The notes under the pieces were generated by a model. It was not told the DNA's origin, ran no database searches, and worked only from the letters and a program-made list of their open reading frames with translations. From Klebsormidium nitens (lineage: Eukaryota; Plantae; Klebsormidiophyceae), in assembly GCA_000708835.1 (NCBI GenBank), contig DF237162.1:1-64000 (forward strand): DNA of 64,000 nt, given 5' to 3'. This document shows, piece after piece, positions 12,501-25,414 of the stretch. The stretch's first letter is position 1. Every line of letters starts with the position of its first letter. The position numbers and the translations under genes are program-made.

Positions 12501-15500
12501 GAAAACGTCCTTCTTGAAGAACCACAGGAGACGAAAGGCTCTGCGTGCGCCCATGTGATTTCCTAAGGGAATCGTCTTTACTGCTCCCTTTTGTTGCTGT
12601 CCGGACGATCGACAAAACGGATCCGTCTTTCTGAGACCTGATCTGACCAAGCAAAATTCAAGGCAGTGCTTCAGGGTTTCTGATCGCTTGCTCGGCTATC
12701 ACTTGCAAGAGACATTCAGTATGTGTCCACGTGTACTCTGCACTTTGACTGAGCAGGAACTTTGTGCAGGGTTTTCGTGTTTGCTCCCCCGGCACCCAGT
12801 CGGCTGGCGACCAGGTGAGCATTTGAAAGCCCTTGTGGTCACCCGTATTCTGGAAAACGTGGCATTGTTCCTCCTTATCAGTCTCCCACTTTTGGACGAG
12901 CTAAACACGGTGTTGCTCGTCACAACCTTCTCACAGCTGGATCTAGAACAACTTCGGACGCTTCCTTTGGCTCTCACTGCAAACGCTCTTGACGGCAGCA
13001 TGACGTTTTGTCTTCCGCTGACGTCTCCTGCCGCCCGCTGACATCATGCGATCCCTTCAGGCTAAAGTTCATCTGCACCAAGGAGGGGTACAGCGCCGAC
13101 ACGCGCGCGCTGACGGCGCTCTGCGAGCACACAGGTACGTGACGTCATGCTCACGTTGCAGTTACTCATGCGGACTTCTCCTTTGGGAGTCGCCTACTTA
13201 GGAAGGGCAAGTCAGGAGGCAAGGACACTTTGGACAATATGCTCGAGCTGAAACTCGTTACATGGGCGCTTCATTCCCTCTTCCACGTTTCCTTGAGTCG
13301 CCTCGCGCCTCCGCTTCTAGCAGATTGTTCTAACGAGCACTTCGGTCGTCCGAGCCTGCTCCGTTTGCTCCTTACTATTCACCACAGATTGCGCCCCGCA
13401 TATCAACAAGTGTGTGCTTCCATCATCTTTGCTGATCATCCGCTCCCACGGCAGAGTGCGATGTGCGTGCGTGCCTCAACACCCTCCCGCTTGCGCTTCC
13501 CTTTAGAATTCTCCGCAGATTACGTCTCACAGCACAGCAAATATAGCCCTGTCGTTGTTCCAATGAATTTGCTTTCCCCCTAAAACCTTCAAGATTCCAA
13601 ACCCTGCAGAGTGCGATGTGCGCGCGTGCCTCAACACCCTCCAGTTCCTGCACCGACGGGGCAAGGCGCTCCGACTGGTGAGGACTCTCGAGAGCTCTTG
13701 AGAGGGGCCCCAGACACTTATCCCGGCAGACGTCATTTTCCTGCCTCCCTGGTGCCGGAGCCTAGGGCTGGACAGGATGACGCATTCCAAACACGGCACT
13801 CGACTGATGCAGTGTCCGTGCCAAATGCTCGTGGACATGTTGGAACCTGATCAGCTCGCAGAGTCGCAGCCGCCTCGCATGTATCATTTTGCTAGCTCCA
13901 TAATCAGCATAAACCAAGAGGTGATGAAAGAGACGCTTGATCATTACATCGTGCCCGAATCTCGAGAACCCTAGAAAGTCTCCTCAAACTCTTCTTTCGT
14001 TCCGCCGTTCCGCAGGCGGACATCTCGTCCCAGGTGGTGGGCCGGAAGGACATGACCCACAACGTGTTCGAGATCTGGACGGAGCTCTTCCAGCGGAAGA
14101 AGAGCAAGGCCGGAACCGGAACCGCGCTCTCCGGCTCGCCCGCCATGCAGGGGACGATGACGCGGAACGCGGAACAGCAGGAGTTCCACCGGATACAGAA
14201 CCTCCTGAGCGGCTAGTGAGCGCGTTTCATTCCCTGTCTAGTTCCTCGTTCTTCCGTTATTATGATGCCGTAAGGTCGCGAGGATGAGCGAGCTTCGGTA
14301 TGGATAAGCAAGAAAGCACTGGTGCTAGCCCTTTCAGCTGATTCGATCCGGTGCTGTGGTTTGCACGCTTCTGGTCCGGAAGGTCACCCATTCCAGTACT
14401 ATTCTCGCCCACAGGCGTGAATGTTAGCGAGCAGCCTGACGTCCGAGGCTTCAAACAAAGAATCTTGTTGGTTTTATTTTCAGCTGATCCGGCCTCTTCG
14501 AAGAAATGAGATGCTCAGTTGACGCCCAGGCAGGTTTAGGCTTTTCTCTCGTAAAGCGTAATCACAGATTTGTTCATCTTAAGAACCCGTTTCTCTACTT
14601 CTCGACTAAGTTCAAACCTATTCTTTGTCGACCGAAGCTTTAAATCTTTCGCGTTGCAGCGGCGAGCACGACTTCGTGATGGAGGGCGTCCACGAGAACT
14701 TTCTGCGGATGCGCTACCACGAGGGGACGCTCCAGAAGACCGTCGAGTGCCTCGAATGGATGGGCGACTCGGAGCTCATGAGCCGACGCGTGCACTCGAG
14801 ACAGCACTTCTTCCTCATGGGTGCGGGCTGAATCCTTTCTTCTAAGAACAGTTTTACCTCGTTGTCATTCCTGCAGTTTCTGTCGGCCTTGAGCAATTTG
14901 GAAGTCCTGTTGCCTTGCACGCACGGCAACATTCTTCCTCATGGGTGCGGGCCGGGTTTTCTCCTTTCAAGAATACTTTCCATTCTACTTTCATCCCCAA
15001 AGTTTCTGTCAGACTTCTGCGTTTTGCACCTTGGACATCTCTGTTGCCGTGTGCACGCAAGCCAACACCTTTTCTTCATGAGTGCGGCCGATTCCGACAT
15101 CCTGGCTTTTCATCTTTACTTGCCCTGCCGGAAAATGGGTACATCAGCGAGAATCGAAGAAAATGGTTCTTTTCAGCAGTAATGCTCGGATATGTCCGGG
15201 AAGTTCAAAGGTGAATCTTGCATCTTCAGTGTCGAAGGTACTGAAATGAGTTATCAGAACGGTATTTTAGTTGCATCTCAGGTTTCTCGTTAGGCCTTTT
15301 TGTTTGCCAACTTGGACTCGCCAATCGCCGCGTGCAAGCCGAGCAGCGCTTTCTTCTCACGTGTGCGCGGCGCTCAAAATTCGTGGTTTGGAAATATTGT
15401 GTGGCTCAATTATGTTCTTTCTTGGATCGGTCAATCGGACAATGAGCTGCCACTTGCAATGTTCCCCGAAAGTCCTGCGCAGCTCTCGAACCAACTGCTT

Positions 15501-18500
15501 TAACGCTTCCAGCGTTTCTGCGATAATCGGATTGAGATTTTGGGCCAGGTTTCAATATGTCCAGTAGCAGGAGAATTCTGCTCTGCGTAATCAACTTCCT
15601 TATCGCGGTTTGATGGTCCTCAAGTGCCTTTCCAGATCACTGAGGAGCGCAAAGTTCCTGCAAAAACCTGGCTCTCCCGTTTTCCTTCTTTTCACATCCA
15701 TGTTCTTCGTGGGACTCAGCTTTTTGGTGTGGATTTGCAGCGCCTTTTGTGCTCTTAGTGCTTACGTTCTTGGCGCTTTTACTGTACCCCGCACTGATTG
15801 CCACGTGTCACCTCCGCAGCGTATCAACCGGCCACTCTTCAGGCCGTCAGACGGTTGATCGCCAACCCCGAGCGGCCCCACATTGAGTTTCCCAAAACTT
15901 ACAACAAGTGAGCGGCCCATCGCAAGATACCCTATGTTTCCTAGCTTCTAACAGACTGACCAGTTATTTACTTTGACAAGGAGTAGAACACTAGATCAAA
16001 CAGGTTCCAAATGAGAGCAGTTAAGATAACTGTGGTTGAACATGGGAAAGTTCACTCAAAAGCGCCGTAGTCTCCAGAATGATCCTGTGCTTTTGCTACT
16101 AGATTTTCTTCTGAAGGGCTACCTTTGTGTCGGTGCCTGTGCGCCACTCCAAATACTTCCACGTTTTGAGTCGGTCTCAATAGCGTTTTAGCTCTCAATA
16201 GCATCAGGCTCATTTTATGGCCCTCGAAGCGAACCTATTAAGGGGCTCAGAATTTCTTAGCTGCAATACATCGGGTGTCTTTTCCCCTGGTGATTGATCA
16301 ACAAGTTGTTCCGTCGTATTTTTCAGCGACCGCTTTGAGACACCACAAATCCACAGGTTAATAACTGGGTTTGGGCTAATGACCAAACTTGTTTCGGCTG
16401 GCAAAACCACCCTGTTGCTCCTAACCTCCCTTGCTTAAGCCGCAGGTTCTGCGCCGACCACCCCTCCTAGCGGCAGCTCGAGTTGCGGGAGGACATCACA
16501 GACCCACAACTCGAAGTCGGGTTAGTGCTAATTACCAGAGTCACCCCGGCTTTTCTCATTACTCCCTCGCTTAACCCGCAGGTTCCGCGCCGAGCACCCC
16601 ACCCAGCGGAGCATAATATCGAGGGAAGCCACAACTCAAGATCGGGTTTAAGCTAACCACCAGAGTCACTCCTGTCTTAACCTCCCACGCTTAACCCGCA
16701 GGTTCCGCGCCGACCACTCCTCCCAGCGGCAGCTGCTCCAGTCGTGGCAGATGGAGATGGACCCTGGGGTTGCCCGGGGACTCAACCCGAGCGCCATCAT
16801 CCGGGACCTGGTCTCCCCGCTGCTCGACATCGTCGCACCGCCCACTCTCCGACCGGTGAGCGGGCTTGACTTTCAAATTAGATATTCCTAAGCTAAGTTC
16901 ACACTACAACAAACGCTCTACCGTTATGACTTGTTGGCGAAAGGGTGCTTACGACGATGAGGGAGTCGCAAGAAGCTCGTTGGATGAGGGCCGGTATCCA
17001 ATCTCTAAAACCCTAAAGTCCGGATACCTTGAAACCTCTGTTCGGCATTGCGCGCCTCCCACTTTCCGACCGGTGAGCGGGGTCGTACAACCCTTTCATT
17101 AGAGATCCAGCGATGTGACTATGTGTACAAGAGCACACGTTGTTCTACTACCACCACGGTGTTCTCGATGTTTGTTTCATTGGAAGGTTCAGGCACTTTA
17201 GGCAGTCTGCTACAGAGTGGAATCAGACTAGTCCGTTGAGATCGTCGCGCCGCCGTCTCTCCGCCGGTGAGATATCATATCGGTCTTCAAGGCTAGGCTT
17301 TTTCACCGCAAATGAGACGAATGTCTCCCGCGTTTTTCGACAGAAGGGGGTCCGAAGAGAGCCTTTGAGCTGGTTCAGGAAAGCCTTGGAGGTATTAGCG
17401 CTTACCGTGTTGTCGAATCCCTTTTCACGCAAAGGCAATATGTGTGTAGCCAACGCCAATCCGCTTCGCCGGTTGCCCGAGTGCGCCCCCGTCCTACAGA
17501 TCTTTCAGGACTACAGCTGCTTCAGAATGAGGACGAAAAGACGTGACGACTTAAGCGTAACTTTTGTTGCTCAGGTCGCTTCTCAGCTTCTCTCCGAGAA
17601 GGAGAAAGGCGAGGTCTCCGAGCTGGTTGACACCATGATCGGGTACGGCTTCACTTACAAGTTGCAGACCGGGTTTGGTGTCAACCCGGGTGCCGGTCCG
17701 CAACTCGATCCTGCATTGGGAAGGCTCGCCGCCTTTGAGGTGAGGAGAATCGGTGTGACCCTGACGTCATTTGGGCGCGAAGATTCTCAGCAGTAAATGT
17801 TCGTCCTTGTCGAGGACGAACGGAGCCATTGGTCTCCGCATAGCGTATAGCTCGGACGCTTGAAACCCCAACGACCTGCAACTGGAGAGGCTGAACGAAT
17901 CGTGGTCAGAATCAGTCCTGAACATGTCAACGTGTTCAAGCTGTAGTCTCCGTTTTGCACATAACCTAAGATAATGTCCGACTTTGCTTGTGGAAGCCGG
18001 TCTCACGGGGTTGCAAATCCTGTTCTGATCAGTCGACGGGCAAATATTGTTTGCTTCCAGCAGATACAACATCACACAATTGAGTCGTTTGGAACGTCCT
18101 TTTCTTTTATGTTACTCAAACGTGCAAGGAATGCTAGTGGGACCATTGTGAAATAATGCTAGAGTCCGTTGGAAGGCCCGTTAGTCTCAATCCAACTGTC
18201 CGTCCTTTCAACCCTGCTGAAGGACCGGCCACGTAACGACGAACATCTGAAATCCTCGTCAGTAACGCGCCTAGATGCCGTTGGCGGGGTCTCCCCGCCC
18301 CAACATACTTGAATTTTCCGCTTCGTTCCGTTGACTCCCGCGGAATCCGCTGACGCTGCCGTTCCGTTTCCGCAGGGCCGGCCCTTCCAGCACCGCGAGC
18401 TCACCGTCACCCTGCGGGAGATGCTGGCTCACGAGGTGAGGGTGACGTCAGCAACATTTCCTTGTGCCCCGGAGCCTGTTCAGTTGCCTACTCCGATAAT

Positions 18501-20871
18501 CTGATCTATTGCAGTTCAGTTTGTTCACATGTTGGATGTCAAGCCCGCACTCTTGGTGCAATGGTCTGAGAGAACCTCTTCATCGCCAAACTTTAGCGGC
18601 ATCCCAAGTCTTTTATTGAGAGTACGAAACAAAGCAAGCTGTTATATCTGGAACCTCTTCGATCTGGCAGTCCTCATCCAAACGATAGGTACGAGGGTGA
18701 GACTTGAGGGGCCTAGTTGGGCTTGAGGGCTTTTCCCATTCTGGCGAGGGTTCTGGGGCAGGCAAGCTGTCCCGCAAGTGCGAGTACCTGCTACGTCTCC
18801 ACGAGCGTTACATTCGATCGGGATGCCGAAATCAAGCCGAGTCGAGCATCCGATTTGCCCATCACTCAAGCTGGCTCTCTTGTCGCCCCTCCTCAGGTCT
18901 CCCTGCAAATCATCCGAAAGGAGGGCGCCGCACGTGCCGCTCGAGCCGCGGCCGTAAACCCCTCGAAGCTTGGTGACGTCAGCGGCAGCCCCGCTGACGT
19001 CACCAGGAGCCGGCCCGCCAAGAGCCCCGCAAAGGCCGAGCCAGGCGCTTCGAAGAATGGGGGTTTGAACGGCCGGGCGGAAGCGCCCCCCCGGAAGGCG
19101 GAGAATGGGAAGCTGGAGAAGAAGGTCGTCAAAGCGGCGGCAAAGGTGTATGTGAACTACTTTGAAAGGTGAGGAGCATGGCGAAACTGGTGGTTGAGCT
19201 CATGCATCAAAAATGTCTCAAATGGCCACATCTGAGAACTTTATGCTTTGATCTTTTACCATTTTTTGGGGCTTATTCTCTATTCAACAAGTTCTTTGAT
19301 TTATTCGACTCTTTGAAAGATCAAGTAAAGTTACACCCAAAAAATATGAGGCATCTTCAATTGTTTTGAAAGGCTGAAAACCCTCCCTAAAGATGATTAA
19401 TTCTCCCAGCAAGTAAACCTGTACCTTCATGACTCAGGACCTCTCCGAACCCTCGCACTTTTGGAGACATTGAGAAGTCCGCCCCGCCGTAGAAGCGCCC
19501 CAGCAGCGCCGCATGCCCTCAATTGCTCCGGTCTCCTGTCCCGCTTTCCCTTTGAACATCTGGTGCGCGCATTCTGTTTCAAGTAGCTCGCCCTAATCCT
19601 TACAAGGCGCGGCTTATCGACAAGCGTCCCGTACCCTCCGATCTCTCAGGTCGCCTGTTCCTTTTCCCCTTTTCGAACATCTGGTGCTTGCGATCTGCAG
19701 ACGTCAAGAAGCGCGCCTGACCCACACACGCCGGCTTTCAGAAGCGCCACAGCAGACGTCCCTCATCCTTCGAGTTCCTCAGTCTCCCTCTTCACTTCCC
19801 CTCTTTACAAATGTGGTGCTTGCGCTCTCACAGGCTCAAGAGGCCCGCCCTAACATACATCCCTCATCTCGCATACAAGCGTCCCTTACAACTTTTTTGG
19901 TTCCCTGTTCCCTTACCAATGACATCTGGTGCTTGAGGTTCAGGAAGCTCACCCTATCTCCAAAGACACCGGCTTGAAAAAGCGCCACAAGGACAAGGCG
20001 TCGCTCGTTCTTCTCTATTCCCCCTGTTCCTCTTCGCATTTTTGAAACATTTGGTGCGCATCATGTGCAGGTTCAAGAAGCCCGCCCTGACCGATACACG
20101 CCAGCTTATAAGATCAACGCGAACAAGCGTCTCTTTCTTTTCACTTCCTCAAAGTCCAAGTTCCTCTTTGATTTTTCAAACATCTGGTCTTGCGTTTTGC
20201 AGGTTCAAGAAGCCCGCTCTAAAACGAAACGGCGTCGAAGAGGAGGCGGTCCCCGTGCAGTCCGTGACCAACATCCGCGACGCGATGCCCGTGCTCTACA
20301 AGTTCCACGAGGTGACGTCACCACCGTTTCCCTCGCGCTTCCGGTTGTGTCTGTAGGATTTCTCCAATCCCAAGCAATTTTTGTATGGGATTGGAGGTTT
20401 CCTTGGATTGACTTTTCCAGATCTAGAAAATCATCTCTATAATATTAATGGCGGCTCCAAGAGCGATGTCTTTTTGCCCTAGATCCCTTCCAGCCTTTCG
20501 CGTTTCTTGCTCTGATCTACCTTCGGAGTTTGCTTTTGTGACTGCGTTTCTCTCAGTGTGCATACATCGCTGACCTTGATGCCAAGATAGTTGAGCCCGC
20601 TCTCACGTGTTGATCCAGAGAATGGACAGCTTCTCTTTCCATCACGACATGATTGGTTGCCACTTGTTGAGTCTTGTGCATCTTTTGCTCCAGACCCTTC
20701 TGTCGCCTTCTACGTGCAACCTTGGTTCGGACAAACCGGCTGATCCTGAGAAGTCCCCAACCGGAAGCCGCTGTGATACAGACCTTTCATTGATTGCATT
20801 CCTGATCTGTTCCACAGGGCTTCACCAATGCCGTCCGACGACCTGTCCTGGTAAAGGATTTGCTAGGCTGA
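6509..20871 (+). CDS. CTF18: Chromosome transmission fidelity protein 18 (RFC-like clamp loader large subunit), about 22 exons
   Basis: Spliced motifs in order: MEEPDFDELEWMAQ, LWVDKYAPRAFTELLSDEQTNRE|VLRWIKEWD, Walker A LLCGAPGLGKTTLAH, VVE|VNASDDR, RPNCL|VIDEIDGA, RP|VICICNDMYAPALRQLR, AECDVRACLNTLQFL, and C-terminal VLYKFHE|GFTNAVRRPVLVKDLLG*. TGA at 20869-20871. Confidence 0.95.
9674..9772 (+). repeat. 42-bp coding tandem repeat (GRGFGEQQNGGRGG x2.3) in CTF18 exon 5
   Basis: ggtgagcagcagaatgggggcagagggggagg occurs at 9686 and 9728 (offset 42). Confidence 0.9.
19430..20240 (+). repeat. Degenerate tandem array (about 104-133 bp units, about 6 copies) ending in a CTF18 3' splice site
   Basis: The motif aacatctggtgc...cag|gttcaagaagcccgc recurs with AG ends near 19583, 19700, 19833, 19937, 20070 and 20202 (the last is the functional acceptor). 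Confidence 0.85.
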
Positions 20872-22249
20872 GGGTGGGGGATTGGACAGTATTCCCTCAG
20901 CAAGAAGCACAGTCCATCTGCACTTTTGTCTCACCCTTTATAGTAGAATTGGCGTAAGCCAGATGGGCCATGACAGACTTCAAACCATTCTAAGTGAGTC
21001 GGAGTTGAGCACTTTATGCACCGCTGTCAAACAAGCTGTTTGCGCTCATGTTAACTTGCATCACACATGTAAGTGATGTGACAGAACATCTGCAGTCTGA
21101 GAACGACAGGTGGGCAAGTGTTGACTGCAATTTCTGCTCGGAGTTTGTTGAGCAAGCGTCGAGATACACTCAGCTTATCTACCAGAGCCACGCTTATACT
21201 CGGGTGCCATTGTATGGCTCATTGAGGCGTCATGATGGTCATGAGACACAGCAAGTTAGGCCACAATCTTCGCATGGTACACAATAATCTGAGATCGCTT
21301 CGTCACTAGGACCGATGGCTAATGATTTGAGTTCGCTTCAACAAACTTTTCTCGGTTAGATATCCACCCTGCAGATTCACTGAAACCCCAGACTATGTCT
21401 TATCAACAAAGTGCCGTAGCACTGCAGTAACGTAAATCATTGCAGAATACCTCAAAATCTGTTCTATGTCGGTGAATTGGAAACGATTGCCATGGATGTA
21501 GATTAGTTGCCTCAAACCACGAACTTGTTGATTTCTGTTGCTTACGTACAGTATACGGACATGTGCAGTCGCAATGCACAATATATGGTGTTCCCGCCCA
21601 AAGCTCCTTGTGTTAAATGCAGTCTGGTATTCCGGAGTTATTGACTGTGCCCTCCAATTTAAGTTACAGACTATGCCACCCCGAATGTAAAGACTTTGGA
21701 CTAAAGAACGTGGCGTGCAGATGAAAGACCGTCATTGCTGCAACTTATACATGCTTACACGTTATTTTGGTATGACCAGCCTAGCAGCAGCACAGATTCT
21801 ATGTAATGGCGACAATCAACGCACCATTTCCCAAGCAGAATATTCTCTTTTTGAGAATTCAGAGGGCTGATGGAATACTCAACCATGTCGAGATTGTCAG
21901 ACCTTATGCTTGAAGTAATGACATCCAATCTTTTGAGCAGCTTCCGTAGCATGGACGCACCAGTTCAACACAATCACATCTCTTCCAGATTCAGGAAGCA
22001 ATGCCAGGGTCTCCTTCAATCAGTCGCGGACAATATAAACAAAATGCTGTTCTACAATATCAACGGAACAACGTTCTCGCTCGAGGCCAGTTGCGGCAGC
22101 AAGGACCGTTTGCCAACTCGCAGCCGACCTCGTTTATGGAGCTAGCCTGCCCAGCCAGCGTTGCTGACACATTTTAGAACCATTCGCTGAACACCGTCCC
22201 TGCTTTATGTACTGCTCTCAATGAGCATCGAGCGGTGGCATTGCAATGA

Positions 22250-24009
22250 TTATCTCGGGGACACGGTGATCTTGCTGTCGGGAACGATCAGGGAACCATT
22301 TCTAAGGGCACTGACGGCGGCAATGGGCCATGTGAGGCCGGTGGTGGTCAATTTGAGGGCGAGGGGCACGTCGATGATGATTTCCTTCTCAGTGGGCTTC
22401 TTTGCTGTTGACTGCACAAACAGAAGAAGAAGAAGAGAGACTTGAATAAAGAACAGGCAACTCAATTGATAGGGTTTTAGTGGGAAAGTAGGAAAGTATT
22501 CAAAAACAGCAAGAACCCTAGACAAGTAAACCTTGAATCAAGCTAGTCCAGACTTGTCGACTGCGGCACCGCAGAGCACAAGCTGCAAGTCTCGGTGTTA
22601 AAAGGTAAAAGTTTGGATTTGTGACAAGATGCTGCTGGTGCCTGCAACCTGATACAACCTTGCCTATGACAGCATTCCCTACAGAAAGCTCAGAGAGTCT
22701 AGAACCACACAGCCTGTGGAGGTGAAGCCTTATCTACCTTTGGGAGCGGACTCTCTTTCAGTATCAACCTATCAACCTACAATATGAAATATCTAAGCTG
22801 CACAAATGCTCATTGAGCCCTAAGTCCAACATACACTTAAAAACCTTACTAGCGGGCAGACTACAAAGGATGAGCAGCGGCAGAAAAGGCACCAGGAGAC
22901 TCTATAATATGTCACACACCGCTATCATTATCGGAAGATACATAAGTGGAACAAGCGGATCAAAGCAGGCGGTCTGAATGCATCAAAAAGCATGCCAAAC
23001 CAATTTAGATATGCGAGACTCGTCAAAACCTACTTTGACCATTAACCATTGTCAGAAAACTTTCTGTCGCACGCAGGCCGTAGTGCTTCTCATTGCAAAT
23101 GTTCAATTGAAGCAAGGGCTCTATACAATATTGCAGTTTGTTTGAAGCCAATTATTGAAGAGGCAGCGAATGCACTGAGACTGCTAAAGTTGCCTGAGCA
23201 ACAGACTCTGTCTCTCCAGCACATTCCAGGAGTGCACCCTCCCCGAAGCCTAAGCAACCAGGCAACCCAGAGCAACACCAAATTCAATAACCTCAGCCTT
23301 CAGGATAGCTCGCAGAGAAAAGAGGTTGACAACTTCAATGCACGGCAAGAGGACAGACACGGCAATTTAGTAGCAATCTCTTTCAGGAATGGAAACCATG
23401 ACAACCAACAGGGAAAACCATGCAATGTCCAGGGAAGTTAGCAATTGCCAAAACGAGACTCACCTTCACAGCAATGAGGTATTCCCGGCCAACCCATCCG
23501 ATCCATCCAGCAATGTACAGGAACACTAGCCCGGGGAACACAAACTCGCTCAGATGTGCCTGGTCTCCGTCCACAATCAAGTGGGGGAGGCCGTCAGTCC
23601 CGCAGAGCAGACCCTGCTTGCCGTACTTTGCGAACCGAGCCTGCGTGCGGTCAATGCTAGCTTGAAGAGCAAGCGCAGGTGCGCTGCCCTCCTCGTAGTT
23701 CTTTAGCCTGTTCTGCAGCTTGCTAACCTCCTTCTTCTCCCTCTTGGCGAAAGCCTTGGAGTCCTTGCAGGGGGTCAGACCAGCAACATCAGCAGAGGCG
23801 ATCTGGGGGGTGGCAACAGCAATGGCGGCAGCGAGGGCAATGGCGGTGGCGGCCTTGCCAACTGACTTCTCTGCTGAGCAGACAGTCCGGGCCCTGTTCA
23901 CGTTGCTGACAAAGACCGACGCCCTCGTCGTCTTCACGGAGCAGAGCTCCTTGTTGCCGATGAAGGCGGAGCTGAGGGTGGTCACCTTGGACGCTACTGA
24001 GGCCGCCAT
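22250..24009 (-). CDS. psaF: Photosystem I subunit III (PsaF) precursor, 2 exons
   Basis: Exon 24009-23464 encodes the transit peptide, then [21 protein letters not shown]...[16 protein letters not shown]...[14 protein letters not shown]. Exon 22411-22250 encodes [10 protein letters not shown]...ITVSPR*. About 235 aa. Confidence 0.97.
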
Positions 24010-25414
24010 TGCGTCTATTTGCAGGGAGCAGGTGAACGGCGGAGCAGAAGCACGTTGGCGGCACGAGAAACTGTGTGGTGGCTTCTTTCTTCTTTGCACC
24101 TGCGCTTCCCTCAAAAAGCTCCTCCTTCTTCTTCGTCCCAAAATGCGCGACCAAATTTCAGAGTGGATGAGGCCGCTGTGCGCAATTTTGAGCCTACAAT
24201 AAGCGCAGGAGTCTAACACTGCGCGAAAAGCGCGGCCGTTGCGCGCTCCAAGCTTCTCAGCCAATCAGCGGCTAGCAGGGCCAGATTCCGCTTGGCCAAT
24301 GGATTAAAAGCGCAGGTCGATAAGATCTTCATTCTCAGCCCTTGATTTGGTGTGTCATCGTGATCAATCTGCCGTGGACATTGACGGGGCGGCAAAAGTG
24401 ATGCCGGACTGTGGCGTTTGGACGGAGGTTTTCCTAAACCCGGGCGACCGGCCGCTGCGGTCTTCCCAGCAGTCCGACGCGGCCGGCCGGCCATGTGCGC
24501 GCATTCAATGATTGCATCATATTCTTTAACTTCGCATATTACTGTTATACCGCGGTATCTTATTTGCGCGGCTTCAGTCATTGACTGGCCGGCTGCATTT
24601 CTCCAATCTTCTCTATTATGAGACCGGCAGCGCCACACGTATTGCTTGCTGCAGCTGCAAACGCTGTATCCCACTACTTCATTGAATGCGCCGCATCCCG
24701 CAATCTTGCATGGCGAGCACTATCGAGTCGTCAATAGATATATCGAGCAAGGGATGGTCAGGCATTTCTTGATCGACAAGCCCCGCCGGGTCGCGGGCGG
24801 CTCCTATAGGACGTTGGAATAGCTAGCAATGCAAACCGTGTAGCTCCCGGGCCAGTCGAAGCAATTTGGCTGGCTGGCGCCAGTCCGCTGGCCACTGCCA
24901 CGCTTCCGCACATGCTTAGCTTTGTATACGTAAGCCAATTGTATGTAAGGTATACGTGCACGTGTGCCTACGTACCTTACGCACACACAAGCTCGCACAC
25001 GGCCAGTTCTGAACTAGGGAAATGCATGGAATGTTGATATGGCCATACGAACTGCCTGTGTAAGTTCATAAATCTCAGATTTCGAGCTCTACATTCAAGA
25101 GTGCAGCTTGATAATGATGCAGTCAACTCCTATATCCTGCACCCGATTCCCAACAAATTGAGTATCATACGCATTACATTGTCAAGTGCAAGCAAGTGCA
25201 ATCACGCATAACCTGCAACAGTCATCTTATATAGCAACCAGGCTCCATACTCGGTCAAAAGAAGGCCAGGCGAACATATTGCCCTGACCAACACCATTCA
25301 AAAGTGGTTGCCAACAAGGAATTGGCCAACTTGAGGACACATTGCTTCTTGGAAATATTTAACCCCTTAAAAGCCGGTACTTTGCACTCTGTATACTCTA
25401 TATAGTGGTGTGTT

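Noticed and set aside
23383-24264. 293-aa ORF read as full PsaF
   Set aside because: The upstream in-frame extension and the read-through past the donor at 23463 are not PsaF-like; the spliced model starting at 24009 fits better.
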